Shown piece after piece: positions 19,962 to 28,562 of a DNA stretch of 64,000 nt. The translations under genes were made by a program, and so were the position numbers. The stretch lies in contig SBHD01000176.1 in NCBI GenBank assembly GCA_006226345.1, positions 5,036 through 69,035 on the forward strand, given 5' to 3'. Source of the stretch: Bacteroidota bacterium (GTDB lineage: Bacteria > Bacteroidota > Bacteroidia > Chitinophagales > Saprospiraceae). Below the pieces are notes generated by a model that saw nothing but the letters and a program-made list of their open reading frames with translations, did not search any database and was not told the DNA's origin. How positions within the stretch are numbered: the stretch's first letter is position 1; every line of letters starts with the position of its first letter.

Positions 19962-22346
19962 TTATTCGGATCGGAGGCTGTTGACTGGATTGGCCAGGGC
20001 TGCTTTTACACTTTGGACGCTGACCGTAGCCAGGGCAACCAGCAATGTAACCCCTATCGTCGTTGCAAACACACCTGCCCCCAGGGAGATGCGATAAGTA
20101 TAATCCTCGAGCCAGGTATGCATGGCCCACCAGCCCAGGGGTGCGGCCAGGAAATAGGCGAAAATGATCAACCGGACGAATTCCTGTCCGAATAAATTCA
20201 GGATTTGCGAAACGGATGCCCCCAACACTTTCCGTATGCCGATCTCTTTTCTTCTGCGTGCAGCCATAAACGAGATCAAACCATATAATCCCATACAGCC
20301 GATGAACAGTGCAATCCCGCAGAATACCTGAGTCAAGCCCAGCAGGGCGTTTTCCAATTGATAGAACCTGGCAATAGATTCATCCAGGAACGTATAACTG
20401 TAAAAATCGTCCGGAAAAATCCTGTTCCATTTTTCTTCCATGGCAGAAAGAACTGTCTCTGTCTGGCTCAGGTCAATGCGTACACCGCAGGTCTCGTAAC
20501 TTTCCAGGCTCGTCATGAGCACTACCGGATCGATAGCATCATGGAAGGAGCGGGAGTGAAAATCCTTGATCACGCCAACAACCGGTCCGGTGCGACCCCA
20601 TACCGTGAATTGCTTGCCCAGTACTTCTTCCGGGGAACTGAATCCGAGTTTGTTCACCGCTGATTCATTGAGGATGAATTCCCGGATCGTATCCCCAGGT
20701 AACAGGTTTCGGCCTGCGACCAGGCTCAGACCAAAAGTGCTGAGATACCGGTCATCCGCAGGCTGGGTGGTGATATACCATTGCTCGTCCTCCTGCCGGC
20801 CTTCAAACCGGCAATTGGACTGATTTTGCGAATGGCCTGCCGGAGCATCGTAGGCAAAACTGGTTTGCCTGACCCCTGGTATTTGTTCAAGTTGTTGCCT
20901 CAGTGCTTCCACCTTCGGCTTCCCGGCATCCGGTACCGGAAGCAATACGATTGATTCGGTACGGAAACCCAGACTGGCGTTTTTGATATAATTCATTTGT
21001 GCCGTGATCACTATGGCGGCAATGATCATGATCTGACAAATGATAAACTGGGCCACGACCAGCCCCCGTCGTACGGAATAACCACCCAGTGTTTGAGTGT
21101 TGATCCGTCCCTTCAGGGCCAAAACGGGGCGGAATCCGGCCAGGATCAGTCCCGGATATGCTCCTGAGCAAAGGGTGACCCCGGTCAAAGTAGCGGCCAG
21201 CGTTCCCCATAACCCCCAATCCGACCGCAGATCTATGCTGATCTTGGAATGGGTCAGTTCGTTCATAAATGGCAATAATGCCTGGGTAATCAATACGGAT
21301 ACAACTACGGCGAACAGCGTGATCAGGCCGGTTTCCAGTAAGAACTGTAAAAACAATTGCCCACGGCTGCTGCCCAGTACTTTACGAACGCCCACTTCCT
21401 TGGACCGGATTAAAGCCTGTGCAGTGGCCAGGTTGATAAAGTTAATACAGGCAGTGCCGATCAGGAATAAGCCGACCACTGCCAATGCCCAAAGCACTGA
21501 TTTCGGAACATTTCCATTGTAGGCGGTATTAAAATACACATCCCGGAGTGGTTGGAGGTGATGACTCCAGCGGTCGTACTCGGGTTGATGTTTTTTTAAA
21601 AAAGCCGGGAGCCTTGAATTTATTTGCTCGGGTTTCATGCCTTCGGGTAAGACCACATAGCAAATGTGGTTACCGCTTACACCAGACCAGTGCTCCATAC
21701 TTTCCTTTGTATTGATGGCGCGGTAGCTGGCGTAGGACAGGAAAAGTTCCAGCCGGGCTTCCGTATTAGCCCTGACGGGCCCTAAAAGTCCTGCCACGGT
21801 ATATGTATGTTCATTGTTGACCATGAAGGTGCGTCCGACTGGATCGGTATTGCCGAACAACCGTTGTGCCAACGGCTTTGAAATGACGGCCTTGAAGGGT
21901 TCCGTCAGCACACCAGGCGTGCCTTTTACCCAGGTGTAGTCAAATACATCGAAGAACTCGGGCTCAACATACCCCAGTTCGCGTTCAAGCATGAACTTCT
22001 TCCGTTCTCCCGTTTCGGTTGCAGGCAATACGGTAACCAGTTGATCATTTTGCTGCCGGCTTTGCGCAACCGTTTCTACTTCCGGGAAATCCAGCCTGAA
22101 TGCCGGGCCAAACGGGTAGGGCACTCCGGGGGTTTGGACTAATCTGCCGAACTCAATATCTGTAACGACCCGGTACGTCCGGTCTGCCTTTTCATGGTAC
22201 CGGTCCATGCTGAGGTGAAAACGAACGATCAGGAAGATCATCAACCCACATGTAATGCCCAATGCCAGCCCGGCGATATTCAGCAGACTGTAATTCCGGT
22301 AGCGCTGGAGGTTGCGTAAAGCGATAGTCAGGAAATTCCGGATCAT
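19962..22346 (-). CDS. ABC transporter permease, fused double MacB-periplasmic/FtsX module (paralog 2)
   Basis: 794 aa. N-terminus MIRNFLTIALRNLQRYRNYSLLNIAGL and C-terminus NPVNSLRSE. Confidence 0.9.
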   Translation of the reverse strand: MIRNFLTIALRNLQRYRNYSLLNIAGLALGITCGLMIFLIVRFHLSMDRYHEKADRTYRVVTDIEFGRLVQTPGVPYPFGPAFRLDFPEVETVAQSRQQNDQLVTVLPATETGERKKFMLERELGYVEPEFFDVFDYTWVKGTPGVLTEPFKAVISKPLAQRLFGNTDPVGRTFMVNNEHTYTVAGLLGPVRANTEARLELFLSYASYRAINTKESMEHWSGVSGNHICYVVLPEGMKPEQINSRLPAFLKKHQPEYDRWSHHLQPLRDVYFNTAYNGNVPKSVLWALAVVGLFLIGTACINFINLATAQALIRSKEVGVRKVLGSSRGQLFLQFLLETGLITLFAVVVSVLITQALLPFMNELTHSKISIDLRSDWGLWGTLAATLTGVTLCSGAYPGLILAGFRPVLALKGRINTQTLGGYSVRRGLVVAQFIICQIMIIAAIVITAQMNYIKNASLGFRTESIVLLPVPDAGKPKVEALRQQLEQIPGVRQTSFAYDAPAGHSQNQSNCRFEGRQEDEQWYITTQPADDRYLSTFGLSLVAGRNLLPGDTIREFILNESAVNKLGFSSPEEVLGKQFTVWGRTGPVVGVIKDFHSRSFHDAIDPVVLMTSLESYETCGVRIDLSQTETVLSAMEEKWNRIFPDDFYSYTFLDESIARFYQLENALLGLTQVFCGIALFIGCMGLYGLISFMAARRRKEIGIRKVLGASVSQILNLFGQEFVRLIIFAYFLAAPLGWWAMHTWLEDYTYRISLGAGVFATTIGVTLLVALATVSVQSVKAALANPVNSLRSE

Positions 22347-22350
22347 AGCG

Positions 22351-24768
22351 TTATTCGTTGCGTAAACTGTTGACAGGGTTGGCAGAAGCCGCTTTAACTA
22401 CCTGAAGGCTGACGGTAAAAAAGGCCACTCCCAGCACGAGTACTGCGGTCAATAAGAAGATCCACCAATGAATCGGGGTTCGGAAGACAAAATCTTGTAG
22501 CCATACCTGCATCATATACCACGCAACAGGAGCAGCAACCAGAAACGCAATCAGGACCAGTTTGACAAAATCCACAGACAATAAGCCAACCACACCGGTC
22601 ACGGATGCCCCCAATACCTTTCGGATGCCGATCTCCTTGGTCTTTTGTGCTACGAGCAGAGAGGCCAGACCAAACAGTCCGAGGCAGGAAATAAAGATCG
22701 CCAGAACAGCAAAGGCCTTGGCAAGGGCAGCAAACCGGTTTTCAGCCCGGTAAAACTGAGCGATCCGGTCATCCAGGAATTGCCCATCCAGTACCTGATC
22801 GGGAAATGTAGCTGCGAAGGTTTGACCAATGTGTGCAATCGTTTGATCCACATTGCCAGGTTTGATCTTGATACCAACGGTACTGTAAAACTGTTTGGCC
22901 GGCAGGATGGTCATGGGCTTTACAGGTTCTCTGGCTGAGTTTGCCGTAAAGTCCTGAACAACTCCGACAATGGGTCGCCAAACACCACCTCCCAGTCTAA
23001 GCTCCTTGCCTATTGCTTCCTTCGGGTCGGTTATGCCCAGCCTTTCCAGTAACAACATGTTGACCACCACTGTACGCGTGGTATCCGATTCCCGGTAGGG
23101 GACTCCGGCCAGTAACCGGAATCCATAAGTATTCAGATATTCTGCGTCCGCAATTTTCAGGGAAGTATTGAACGGGGCATCGTTCGCCTGATGGCCAAAA
23201 CTGAAATTACTATCCCAGTTATTGCCTGATGTCGGCGGGTCGCTTGAATAACTGACCGACTGTATTTCAGGCATCTGCAACAGCTGGTTTTTAAAAGCAG
23301 CCAGTAAAGGGGTGCTGGAGCTGTCGGCATTTAGCCCGTTGATCGTGTACACCAGGTCGGGCTGATAGCCCAGGTCCAGGTTGCGGATATACTCCATTTG
23401 ACTGATCGTCACCAGTGTGCCAATGATCAATACCTGGGCAATGCCGAATTGCAGAAAAACGAGCACCTTACGCAGGGACAAGCCGGCAAAAACACGGGTT
23501 TGAAGGTTGTTTTTCAACGCCTGTACCGGGTCAAACCCAGCCAGTACGAATGCCGGATAAAATCCGGCCAGCAGGCTGATCCCCAAAAACAGCAAACCCA
23601 GAAATGCCAGGGTCTGCCAGTCTGAAAAGAATGGGAGGCTCCGGGGCACTTCGGATATCATAGGCAGGAACGGCGAAAATGTCGTTGCCAACAGGGCGCC
23701 GGCAACTACGGACAGAAAAACGGTTACAGCCGCTTCCCCGAGGAACTGTTGCATCAATTGGTTTCGGGTGCTGCCTAATGTTTTCCGCACGCCGACCTCC
23801 CTCGACCGGGCGCCGGCCTGGGCAGTGGCCAGATTGATAAAATTAAAACAGGCCATGATCAGAACCAGAAGTCCGATCAGAGATAACGTCCAAAGCCGTT
23901 CGGGAGTGACCGAATGGGTGCCGAGGTGCCCGATCTGGTCGTTGAAATGTTGTTCTGAAAGGGCCTGCAACAGATGTTTCTTTTTAAAGACATCATCGGC
24001 ATATTCTTCCTTTCCGACCTCTGCGAGCAATCGAGCAGCTTCCTTCTCCTGGTCCGGATGATGCAGCAACGCCCAGGCCTGATCGTTACTGCTGATGTTG
24101 TTCCAGTTGGGTGTATACCCGAATATATCCGGGTGTTTACGAAGCGTCTCGTAAGAAGCCAGCAGGTTAAACTGAAAATCCGAATTGGCCGGCGGGTCAA
24201 CGATTATACCACGAATGGCCAATTCAAGATCCTGATCCAACAGCAGGGTTTTACCCATTGCAACCTGCCAGGAGCCAAAACATTTTTCAGCCAGGCTTTC
24301 CGTCAATACGACTGTATTCGGCTCGGAAAGCGAAGAGCCCGGGTCGCCGGCCAGCCAATCCCAATCGAAAATCTGGAAAAAGTTCGGTTCGGCGAAGGCA
24401 GCAACTTCCTTCAGCCCATCAGTCGAAAACTTCAGGCCGGGTGCATCCGGCGAAGCGATCTGCGGGTAAAAGGAATGGAGCCGGGTAAACACCTCAAATT
24501 GCGGAATGTTGGCCGCCATGGCATCCATGGCAGGGATCGGAATGCCCGATGTGAACTGCGCATCATGCTCATTCTTTTCCGTGGTCACGATCCGGAAAAT
24601 GCGATCTGCCTTTTGGTGGTGGCGGTCGAAACTTAATTCATACCGGACCATCTGGAACAGCAGGAGACATGCCGCAATGCTGACCGAAAGACCGAGGATA
24701 TTGATCAGGCTGAAATGCCGCTGGCGAAGAAGCGCCCGCCAGGCAATTTTAAGGTTGTTTAGCCACAT
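22351..24768 (-). CDS. ABC transporter permease, fused double MacB-periplasmic/FtsX module (paralog 1)
   Basis: 805 aa. N-terminus MWLNNLKIAWRALLRQRHFSLINILGL and C-terminus NPVNSLRNE. A 4-nt gap separates it from the next permease. Confidence 0.9.
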   Translation of the reverse strand: MWLNNLKIAWRALLRQRHFSLINILGLSVSIAACLLLFQMVRYELSFDRHHQKADRIFRIVTTEKNEHDAQFTSGIPIPAMDAMAANIPQFEVFTRLHSFYPQIASPDAPGLKFSTDGLKEVAAFAEPNFFQIFDWDWLAGDPGSSLSEPNTVVLTESLAEKCFGSWQVAMGKTLLLDQDLELAIRGIIVDPPANSDFQFNLLASYETLRKHPDIFGYTPNWNNISSNDQAWALLHHPDQEKEAARLLAEVGKEEYADDVFKKKHLLQALSEQHFNDQIGHLGTHSVTPERLWTLSLIGLLVLIMACFNFINLATAQAGARSREVGVRKTLGSTRNQLMQQFLGEAAVTVFLSVVAGALLATTFSPFLPMISEVPRSLPFFSDWQTLAFLGLLFLGISLLAGFYPAFVLAGFDPVQALKNNLQTRVFAGLSLRKVLVFLQFGIAQVLIIGTLVTISQMEYIRNLDLGYQPDLVYTINGLNADSSSTPLLAAFKNQLLQMPEIQSVSYSSDPPTSGNNWDSNFSFGHQANDAPFNTSLKIADAEYLNTYGFRLLAGVPYRESDTTRTVVVNMLLLERLGITDPKEAIGKELRLGGGVWRPIVGVVQDFTANSAREPVKPMTILPAKQFYSTVGIKIKPGNVDQTIAHIGQTFAATFPDQVLDGQFLDDRIAQFYRAENRFAALAKAFAVLAIFISCLGLFGLASLLVAQKTKEIGIRKVLGASVTGVVGLLSVDFVKLVLIAFLVAAPVAWYMMQVWLQDFVFRTPIHWWIFLLTAVLVLGVAFFTVSLQVVKAASANPVNSLRNE

Positions 24769-24908
24769 ACTGTTTTGAATACGGGTAAGTGTATGTATCG
24801 TTCCGAACCGGGGCGGGTGCCACCGGCCGGAACATCAAAACAAAAAGAGGGGCAGCGTGGCGATGTTTGTTTTCATAGCTTAATCGCAGTTGCCAGCCCC
24901 GGTTGGTT

Positions 24909-25595
24909 TTAGAGGTATTGCTTCACCAGGTTTTCTGTCACGACCTGCCCATCCAGCATCCGGATGATCCGGTTTCCAAATTCCGCGCAATACTGCGAGT
25001 GCGTTACCATCAGGATTGTCGTGCCTTCGGAATTGAGTTGCGACAGGATCTTCATGACTTCATCGCCATTGGCGCTGTCGAGGTTTCCGGTCGGTTCGTC
25101 TGCAAGGATCAGTTTGGGGCGGTTAACGATGGCACGGGCTACGGCCACCCGTTGTTGCTGTCCGCCGGATAGCTGTTGCGGGAAGTGGTTGCGGCGGTGC
25201 ATGATGTTCATACCTTCCAGCAGTTCCTCCACCCGGGCTTTCCGTTCGCTGTTTGGCACCTTGGTGTACAGCATCGGCAGTTCGATGTTTTCGAACACCG
25301 TCAGTTCATCGATGAGGTTAAAACTTTGGAAGACAAAACCTAGGTTGTGTTTTCGGACATTGGAGCGTTTGCGCTCACTCAGGCTCCCGACTTCCTCACC
25401 CAAAAAATGATAGGTGCCACCGCTCGGGCTGTCAATCATGCCCAGTACATTGAGCAGGGTGGATTTTCCACAGCCGGAAGGGCCCATTACCGATACGAAT
25501 TCACCCTCTTTGATCTCCAGGTCTACGTCGTTCAGGGCTGTTGTTTCCACTTCTTCCGTACGGTAGACTTTTGAAAGGTTCGTTGTTTTGATCAT
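24909..25595 (-). CDS. ABC transporter ATP-binding protein, MacB/LolD type
   Basis: Walker A GPSGCGKST, signature LSGGQQQR and Walker [13 protein letters not shown]. Confidence 0.92.
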   Translation of the reverse strand: MIKTTNLSKVYRTEEVETTALNDVDLEIKEGEFVSVMGPSGCGKSTLLNVLGMIDSPSGGTYHFLGEEVGSLSERKRSNVRKHNLGFVFQSFNLIDELTVFENIELPMLYTKVPNSERKARVEELLEGMNIMHRRNHFPQQLSGGQQQRVAVARAIVNRPKLILADEPTGNLDSANGDEVMKILSQLNSEGTTILMVTHSQYCAEFGNRIIRMLDGQVVTENLVKQYL

Positions 25596-25644
25596 ATCTG
25601 CCTTTAATCTGATTTACATGGTGATGGTCTGGATATCCGGACCG

Positions 25645-26895
25645 TTATTGCAGTACTAACTCATCTTTGTCTCCAAAATTTTCATATCCGGAAACGATAA
25701 CGATATCGCCTGTTTGTAAGCCGTCCAAGATCTCGTAGAAGTTGGGATTCTGCCGGCCCAGCCGGACGGAGCGCTTCCGGGCATTGCCTGAAGCGGGATC
25801 GATGACATATACCCAATTGCCGCCGGTGGTCTGGTAAAAGCCACCGCGTTGGAGCAACAAGGCTTGTTCTTCAGCGCTTAGTTCGAGTTTGACGGAAACG
25901 GATTGCCCGCGTTTTATACCTTCTGGTGCCTGACCTACAAACACCATGTCCGCCTCAAATGCGCCGCTTACCACTTGTGGATAGATCTTTTTTATCTTCA
26001 GGGTATACGTTTTTCCGGCAAACTGGAAACTGCCTTCCTGCTCGTTAAAGACTCTGGAGATATAGAATTCATCGATCCGGACCCGAACTTTAAAGTTGCT
26101 CAGATCGTCTATCTGCCCGATATTTTCGCTGCGGGCAACGCTTTCGCCAAGTTCCTTGTTCAGACCGGAGAGTTGCCCGGCAATGGGCGCCCGTACGGTC
26201 AGTTGTTCCAGACTTTGCCGGGTAATCGCCAGGTTGCGTTGCATCAGGTCGAGCGATGACTCCATTTGGGTTTGTTGCAGGGCCTGATAGGCACTGTCCT
26301 TTCGGATGGTAGCCCGAAGCAGATCCTTTCGGCGCGTGAGGTTGTTGAAAAGCGCCTCGGTCTCTTCGAATTCCACCCGGGCAATGACCTTGTCCCGGTA
26401 TAACTCTTTATTGCGGTGCACGCGTTTGCCGGTAATGTCGATCTGGTAGTCCACATCCAGTGCTTGCTCCCGCAGGTTCAGGCTCTGTTGCTCCATTAGC
26501 AAGGACGTATTCCGGATCTGGTTGATCTGGGAAATGATGTTCGCTTCCTGGTTCAGGTAGTTGATCAGCAGGTCGGGGTTGGATAACCGTAGAATCGGTT
26601 GATTCGGTTGTACAAACGCACCGTCTTCCACAAATTTCTCCTCGACCTTGCCCCCTTCCACGGCATCGATCAATACGGTGCGGATTGGCTCTACAATTCC
26701 GGTGACCGGAATAAACTCCTGGAAATTGCCGGTGCTGACGGTGTCTGCCATTAGACGCTCTTTCTGCACATTCAACCGGGAAGTGCCGGCACTTTTCCAC
26801 ATCGAAGCGATCAGATAGACCACTACTATCAGGCCGACCGCTCCCAGAATAATGCGGGGCCAGGTAAATCGCTTCTTTTCAATTTTTCTATCCAT
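25645..26895 (-). CDS. HlyD-family efflux transporter periplasmic adaptor (MacA-like)
   Basis: 416 aa with an N-terminal TM anchor (IILGAVGLIVVVYLIASMW), a long coiled-coil middle and a beta-barrel-like C-terminus. Sits first in the operon with the ATPase and permeases. Confidence 0.85.
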   Translation of the reverse strand: MDRKIEKKRFTWPRIILGAVGLIVVVYLIASMWKSAGTSRLNVQKERLMADTVSTGNFQEFIPVTGIVEPIRTVLIDAVEGGKVEEKFVEDGAFVQPNQPILRLSNPDLLINYLNQEANIISQINQIRNTSLLMEQQSLNLREQALDVDYQIDITGKRVHRNKELYRDKVIARVEFEETEALFNNLTRRKDLLRATIRKDSAYQALQQTQMESSLDLMQRNLAITRQSLEQLTVRAPIAGQLSGLNKELGESVARSENIGQIDDLSNFKVRVRIDEFYISRVFNEQEGSFQFAGKTYTLKIKKIYPQVVSGAFEADMVFVGQAPEGIKRGQSVSVKLELSAEEQALLLQRGGFYQTTGGNWVYVIDPASGNARKRSVRLGRQNPNFYEILDGLQTGDIVIVSGYENFGDKDELVLQ

Positions 26896-26932
26896 GGTTA
26901 TGTATTGCTGCGCTTAAGTCCGCCTCTAGATC

Positions 26933-26948
26933 TTCAAGGGATATGCCA
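26933..26948 (-). promoter_or_regulatory. candidate sigma-54 (-24/-12) promoter, TGGCATATCCCTTGAA
   Basis: The minus strand reads TGGCAT-N5-TTGAA, 38-53 nt upstream of the HlyD ATG (26895). An NtrC-type activator is encoded divergently. Confidence 0.55.
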
Positions 26949-27012
26949 AATTAAATACTGGATTGATAATGAGTTTGTTATGTTTGAATATGCAGATTGA
27001 GCCTAACTAAAA

Positions 27013-27030
27013 GTGTTCATTTATGAACAC
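27013..27030. promoter_or_regulatory. perfect 8+2+8 palindrome GTGTTCAT-TT-ATGAACAC, candidate enhancer-binding (UAS) site 1
   Basis: Read directly from the sequence. Centred about 75 bp upstream of the -24 GG of the candidate promoter. Confidence 0.55.
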
Positions 27031-27100
27031 CCGTTTGTCCGTTTCCGGCCAGAAAAGCAGAAAAACTTTGTGGAGAAAAAGCAGCCTTTTTATTCGAAAA

Positions 27101-27118
27101 GTGTCCATTTTCGAACAC
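27101..27118. promoter_or_regulatory. GTGTCC-ATTTTC-GAACAC, candidate UAS site 2
   Basis: Second copy of the GTGTYC-N6-GAACAC motif, 88 bp centre-to-centre from site 1 and 27 nt upstream of the response-regulator ATG. Confidence 0.5.
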
Positions 27119-27144
27119 TTATTTACAACTTTGGCTCCAGAATC

Positions 27145-28524
27145 ATGAAACAGAAAGGTACCATATTAATAGTAGATGATGAGGAGGATATCCTGATTTC
27201 GGTCAAGATGTTCCTGAAACAACATTTTGAACGCGTTTTTACCGAACAGAATCCGCAGCACCTGCCGCGGCAACTGGGGCAGTGCGAGCCGGACGTGTTG
27301 CTGCTGGACATGAATTTCAGGAAGGGCGACACAAGTGGGGAAGAAGGCCTGCAATGGCTTCAAAAAGCACTTGAGTTAAAACCCGGGCTTCAGGTTATTA
27401 TGATCACGGCCTATGGCGAGGTGGAAAAAGCCGTCCGGGCGCTCAAAACCGGGGCAGCAGACTTTGTGGAAAAACCCTGGCGGAATGAAAAACTGCTGGC
27501 AACCGTACAGGCAGCCTTCAAACTGGTACAAAGTCAACAGGAGGTTCAACAACTACAATCGCGGCAACGCGCGCTAACGGACCACCTTGATTCCAGCGCC
27601 GGTGACATCGTAGGCAACTCGCCGGCGATGAAAGAGGTGTATAAGACCATTGAAAAAGTAGCGGACACAGATGCCAATGTCCTGATCCTGGGCGAAAATG
27701 GTACGGGAAAGGAACTGGTGGCGCGGGCTATTCACCGTCGTTCACTCCGGAATGAGCAAGTGTTCGTCAATGTAGATCTGGGCGCTATTCCGGAATCCCT
27801 TTTTGAAAGCGAACTTTTCGGACACAAAAAAGGAGCATTTACCGATGCCCGGGAGGACCGGGCCGGCAGGTTCGAGGCATCTGATGGCGGCAGCCTGTTT
27901 CTTGATGAGATCGGGAATCTGTCCCTGCCCATGCAGGCCAAATTATTGGCCGCACTGCAAAACCGCGAAATTGTCCGGGTAGGCTCTAACCAGCCGGTTG
28001 CCATCGATATCCGTCTGATTTGTGCAACCAACATGCCTCTTTATGAAATGGTCCGGGAAAAAACCTTTAGGCAGGACCTGCTCTATCGTATAAACACCGT
28101 AGAAATTCAACTGCCCCCGCTGCGGAACCGGGAGGGTGATGTCATATTGCTGGCTAATCATTTCCTGCGACAATATGCCAGAAAATACCAAAAGTCGGGA
28201 CTGGAGCTACATCCTGCAGCCCAGCAAAAACTGGAACAATATCCCTGGCCCGGCAATATCCGGGAGTTGCGCCATGCAATGGAACGCGCTGTGATCCTTT
28301 CTGAAAAATCTATCCTGACCCCTGGTGATTTTCTGCTGCATCCTGATTTTCATCAATCACCGGATTTTAGGCTTTCAGATGATACTCTAAACCTGGAGGA
28401 AATGGAGAAAAAACTGGTTCAGCGTGCTATGACCAAACACCATGGTAATATTTCAAAGGCAGCGGATGAGCTTGGCCTGACCAGGGCCGCATTGTACCGG
28501 CGGTTGGAAAAACATGGATTGTAA
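27145..28524 (+). CDS. sigma-54-dependent Fis-family response regulator (NtrC-type bEBP)
   Basis: REC domain (ILIVDDEEDIL...LLLDMNF), AAA+ domain (GENGTGKE, ESELFGHKKGAFTDA as a GAFTGA variant) and C-terminal HTH (GNISKAADELGLTRAALYRRLEKHGL). Start trimmed to MKQKGTILIVDDE. Confidence 0.92.
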   Translation: MKQKGTILIVDDEEDILISVKMFLKQHFERVFTEQNPQHLPRQLGQCEPDVLLLDMNFRKGDTSGEEGLQWLQKALELKPGLQVIMITAYGEVEKAVRALKTGAADFVEKPWRNEKLLATVQAAFKLVQSQQEVQQLQSRQRALTDHLDSSAGDIVGNSPAMKEVYKTIEKVADTDANVLILGENGTGKELVARAIHRRSLRNEQVFVNVDLGAIPESLFESELFGHKKGAFTDAREDRAGRFEASDGGSLFLDEIGNLSLPMQAKLLAALQNREIVRVGSNQPVAIDIRLICATNMPLYEMVREKTFRQDLLYRINTVEIQLPPLRNREGDVILLANHFLRQYARKYQKSGLELHPAAQQKLEQYPWPGNIRELRHAMERAVILSEKSILTPGDFLLHPDFHQSPDFRLSDDTLNLEEMEKKLVQRAMTKHHGNISKAADELGLTRAALYRRLEKHGL

Positions 28525-28562
28525 GGTCTTCTATAACTGCATTTAAAACCTGTTGGCTGTAT

